Below are positions 61,234-64,000 of a stretch of 64,000 bases of DNA, piece after piece. The notes beneath the pieces were generated by a model. The model made no database searches and had not been told where the DNA came from. It saw only the letters and a program-made list of their open reading frames with translations. The stretch comes from Eledone cirrhosa (taxonomy: Eukaryota): positions 289,602,001-289,666,000 of the forward strand of contig OZ024741.1 in NCBI GenBank assembly GCA_964016885.1, written 5' to 3'. The position numbers and the translations under genes are program-made. Within the stretch, counting starts at the first letter, position 1, and every line of letters starts with the position of its first letter.

Positions 61234-61333
61234 GTATATATTATTTAGAAAACATAAGAGAAATACAAACATAAACACAAGCATAAATCCCGCTCATCGG
61301 GTGTCTTCTGTCGGTCGCTGATGTTTCGAACGC

Positions 61334-61620
61334 ATTATATAGAGTTACGTCCCTTTACGGACTGAGTTCAAATCCCGCCGAGGTTGACTTTGCCTTTCAT
61401 CCTCACGGGGTCGATAAAATAAAGTACCAGTAATGCACTGGGTAATTGCTGGCCTTGTGCCAAAAAGTAGAAACAATTATATAGAGTTACGTCCCTTTAC
61501 GGACTGAGTTCAAATCCCTCCAAGGTTAACTTTGCCTTTCATCCTTACGGAGTCGATAAAATAAAGTACCAGTAATGTACTGGATAATTGCTGGCCTTGT
61601 GCCAAAAGTAGAAACAATTA
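61334..61620 (+). mobile_element. Tandem dimer of 5'-truncated SINE
   Basis: Two ~142-bp units, both starting ATTATATAGAGTTACGTCCC. Confidence 0.82.
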
Positions 61621-61637
61621 GATGTGTATGTGTGTGC

Positions 61638-61747
<110 letters not shown>

Positions 61748-62278
61748 AGGTATATTCGTGTTTCCAATGCAACATGTTTGAAGGAAAAGCAGTGCCCAAC
61801 TTATACAAATATACAAACGTATATATATATATATATATGTGTGTGTGTATGTGTGCGTGTGTGTGTGTACACACACACGTATACAAACACACACACACAC
61901 ACACACACACATACCGAATGAAACACATGCATGTATAGGAAGGGATTTTAAATAGATTCACGTATTGTAAATAAAATATTCCATGTTCCTGTGGAAGGGA
62001 AATGACATAGTATACAATATATATATTTTAAGTAAATTTACTTTGTGCGTGCATGAAGACGTTTTTGCTAAGTGTAATGTTTTATTTATCTGCCACAAGG
62101 ATCAAGGGATCAGTAACATTACAAAGAGGAAACACGCAACAATGGATAGAGTAGGGAAGAGGGCTGAGTATTGAATTGAATGGCATAAGAGCAACTTTAA
62201 ATTGTAATAGCAATAATAGCAGAAGGGAGAGGAGGAGGTGCAGTAGAAGCGGATGATGAGGAGGAGGAGGGAGAGGAG

Positions 62279-62347
62279 AAGAAGAAGAAGAAGAAGAAGA
62301 AGAAGAAGAAGAAGAAGAAGAAGAAGAAGAAGAAGAAGAAGAAGAAG

Positions 62348-62404
<57 letters not shown>

Positions 62405-62455
62405 ATAAACAACAACAACAATAACAACAACAACAATAACAACAACAGTAACAAC
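62279..62455. repeat. Compound (GAA)n-(CAA)n microsatellite
   Basis: Read directly from the sequence. Confidence 0.95.
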
Positions 62456-62649
62456 CGAAAAAATAAAAGAGTTACAATATCAACTATAGCAACGCAACAC
62501 CAATAGCAACAATAACAAGCACAGCAAAATAACTTACCACATGTACAATATTAATAAAATGGTTGTAGTAAATACACAAGCAGTGAGATAAATCTTTTCA
62601 GATTTTGATCTATTTGATCTATTTGGATAGTTAAAGAGACAAACACAAG

Positions 62650-62711
<62 letters not shown>

Positions 62712-62750
62712 CATACATATATATATACATATATATATATATAATGTATG

Positions 62751-62799
<49 letters not shown>

Positions 62800-62807
62800 T
62801 ATGTATG

Positions 62808-62901
<94 letters not shown>

Positions 62902-62912
62902 GTATGTATGTA

Positions 62913-62943
<31 letters not shown>

Positions 62944-62946
62944 GTA

Positions 62947-62993
<47 letters not shown>

Positions 62994-63000
62994 GTATGTA

Positions 63001-63041
<41 letters not shown>

Positions 63042-63498
63042 AGCGAAAGAGAAAATATATAATAAAATATAAAATATATAAAGACAAAATGGTTGCTGTG
63101 TTGCATGTTTTGAAGCAATCAGTGATTATTATGAAAAGACGGTTAAAGAGAAGTCTTAGTAGTAAAATCTGGTGAGTGGCAAGGAAGGAAGAGAGGTGTA
63201 GAGAGAGTTGAGTAAGGGAAGGGAGAGACAGAGAGAGAGAGTGAGATATTTAGAGGGAGAGAAAGAGAGTTATAGATTGAGTGAGTGAGAGAGAGAGTGT
63301 GAGATATTTAGAGGGAGAGAGAGAGAGAGAGATTGTGCAATGGTGCAGTGCAGACAGAAGAATTGTGAAAGCGATAATTGTTACTGTAAATTATTTCGTT
63401 ACACACCATTACGACGACATTTTATTATTACACATGTATTATTACGCATATATGTATATATATATATTATATATATATACATATATATATATTATATA

Positions 63499-63534
<36 letters not shown>

Positions 63535-63572
63535 TGTATGTATGTATGTATGTATGTATGTATGTATGTATG

Positions 63573-63644
<72 letters not shown>

Positions 63645-64000
63645 TCATATTTCTATGTGTGCGTATGTGTGTGTGCATATGAGTGTGGGTATGTGTGTTT
63701 GTGTGTGTGGGTATGTGTGTATGTGTGTGTATCTGTGTGTATGTGTGTGTCTGTGTGTGTGTGTATGAATGTGTGTACATATTCACAAGTTCATAAGTAG
63801 GTGTGGAATACCCAACGAATTGTTTTTCATGTAGTCGGATTGTTTCGGGTGAATGGGTTGTACTGATGGATTTGCGGACCCTCCCATTGGTAGGCAGTCC
63901 AATTTGTTTTTTTTTTTAATGATAGAAACTCCTCCTAGAAGCCAACACAATATCGGTCCCACCTCTTGCTTATCATCATCATCATCATCATCATCATCAT

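Overview
Very AT-rich eukaryotic non-coding DNA saturated with microsatellites ((AT)n, (CA)n, (TATC)n, (CATA)n, (GA)n, triplet arrays). The SINE repertoire suggests a coleoid cephalopod, probably an octopus (inference). No intact host gene is visible, and almost all long ORFs in the track are repeat artefacts. The recognisable content is mobile DNA: (1) a decayed Tx1-type LINE (26.5-30.75 kb) plus 5'-truncated siblings, nearly all joined to (TATC)n; (2) about 20 copies of one tRNA-like SINE, some with target-site duplications; (3) bipartite RTE-derived elements in (GTAT)n; (4) R4/Dong-like endonuclease fragments, two mariner-like MITEs and one hAT MITE; (5) a possible decayed EMI/fasciclin processed pseudogene. 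The most interesting signal is a set of short islands embedded in (AT)n that carry type I hammerhead ribozymes of the Penelope-like-element (PLE) kind. These include a U3-A8 core variant in three copies. Several islands are fold-back structures whose turning point is a ribozyme stem, and a seven-copy palindromic family keeps only the 3' half of a hammerhead. All calls were read by eye and boundaries are approximate.
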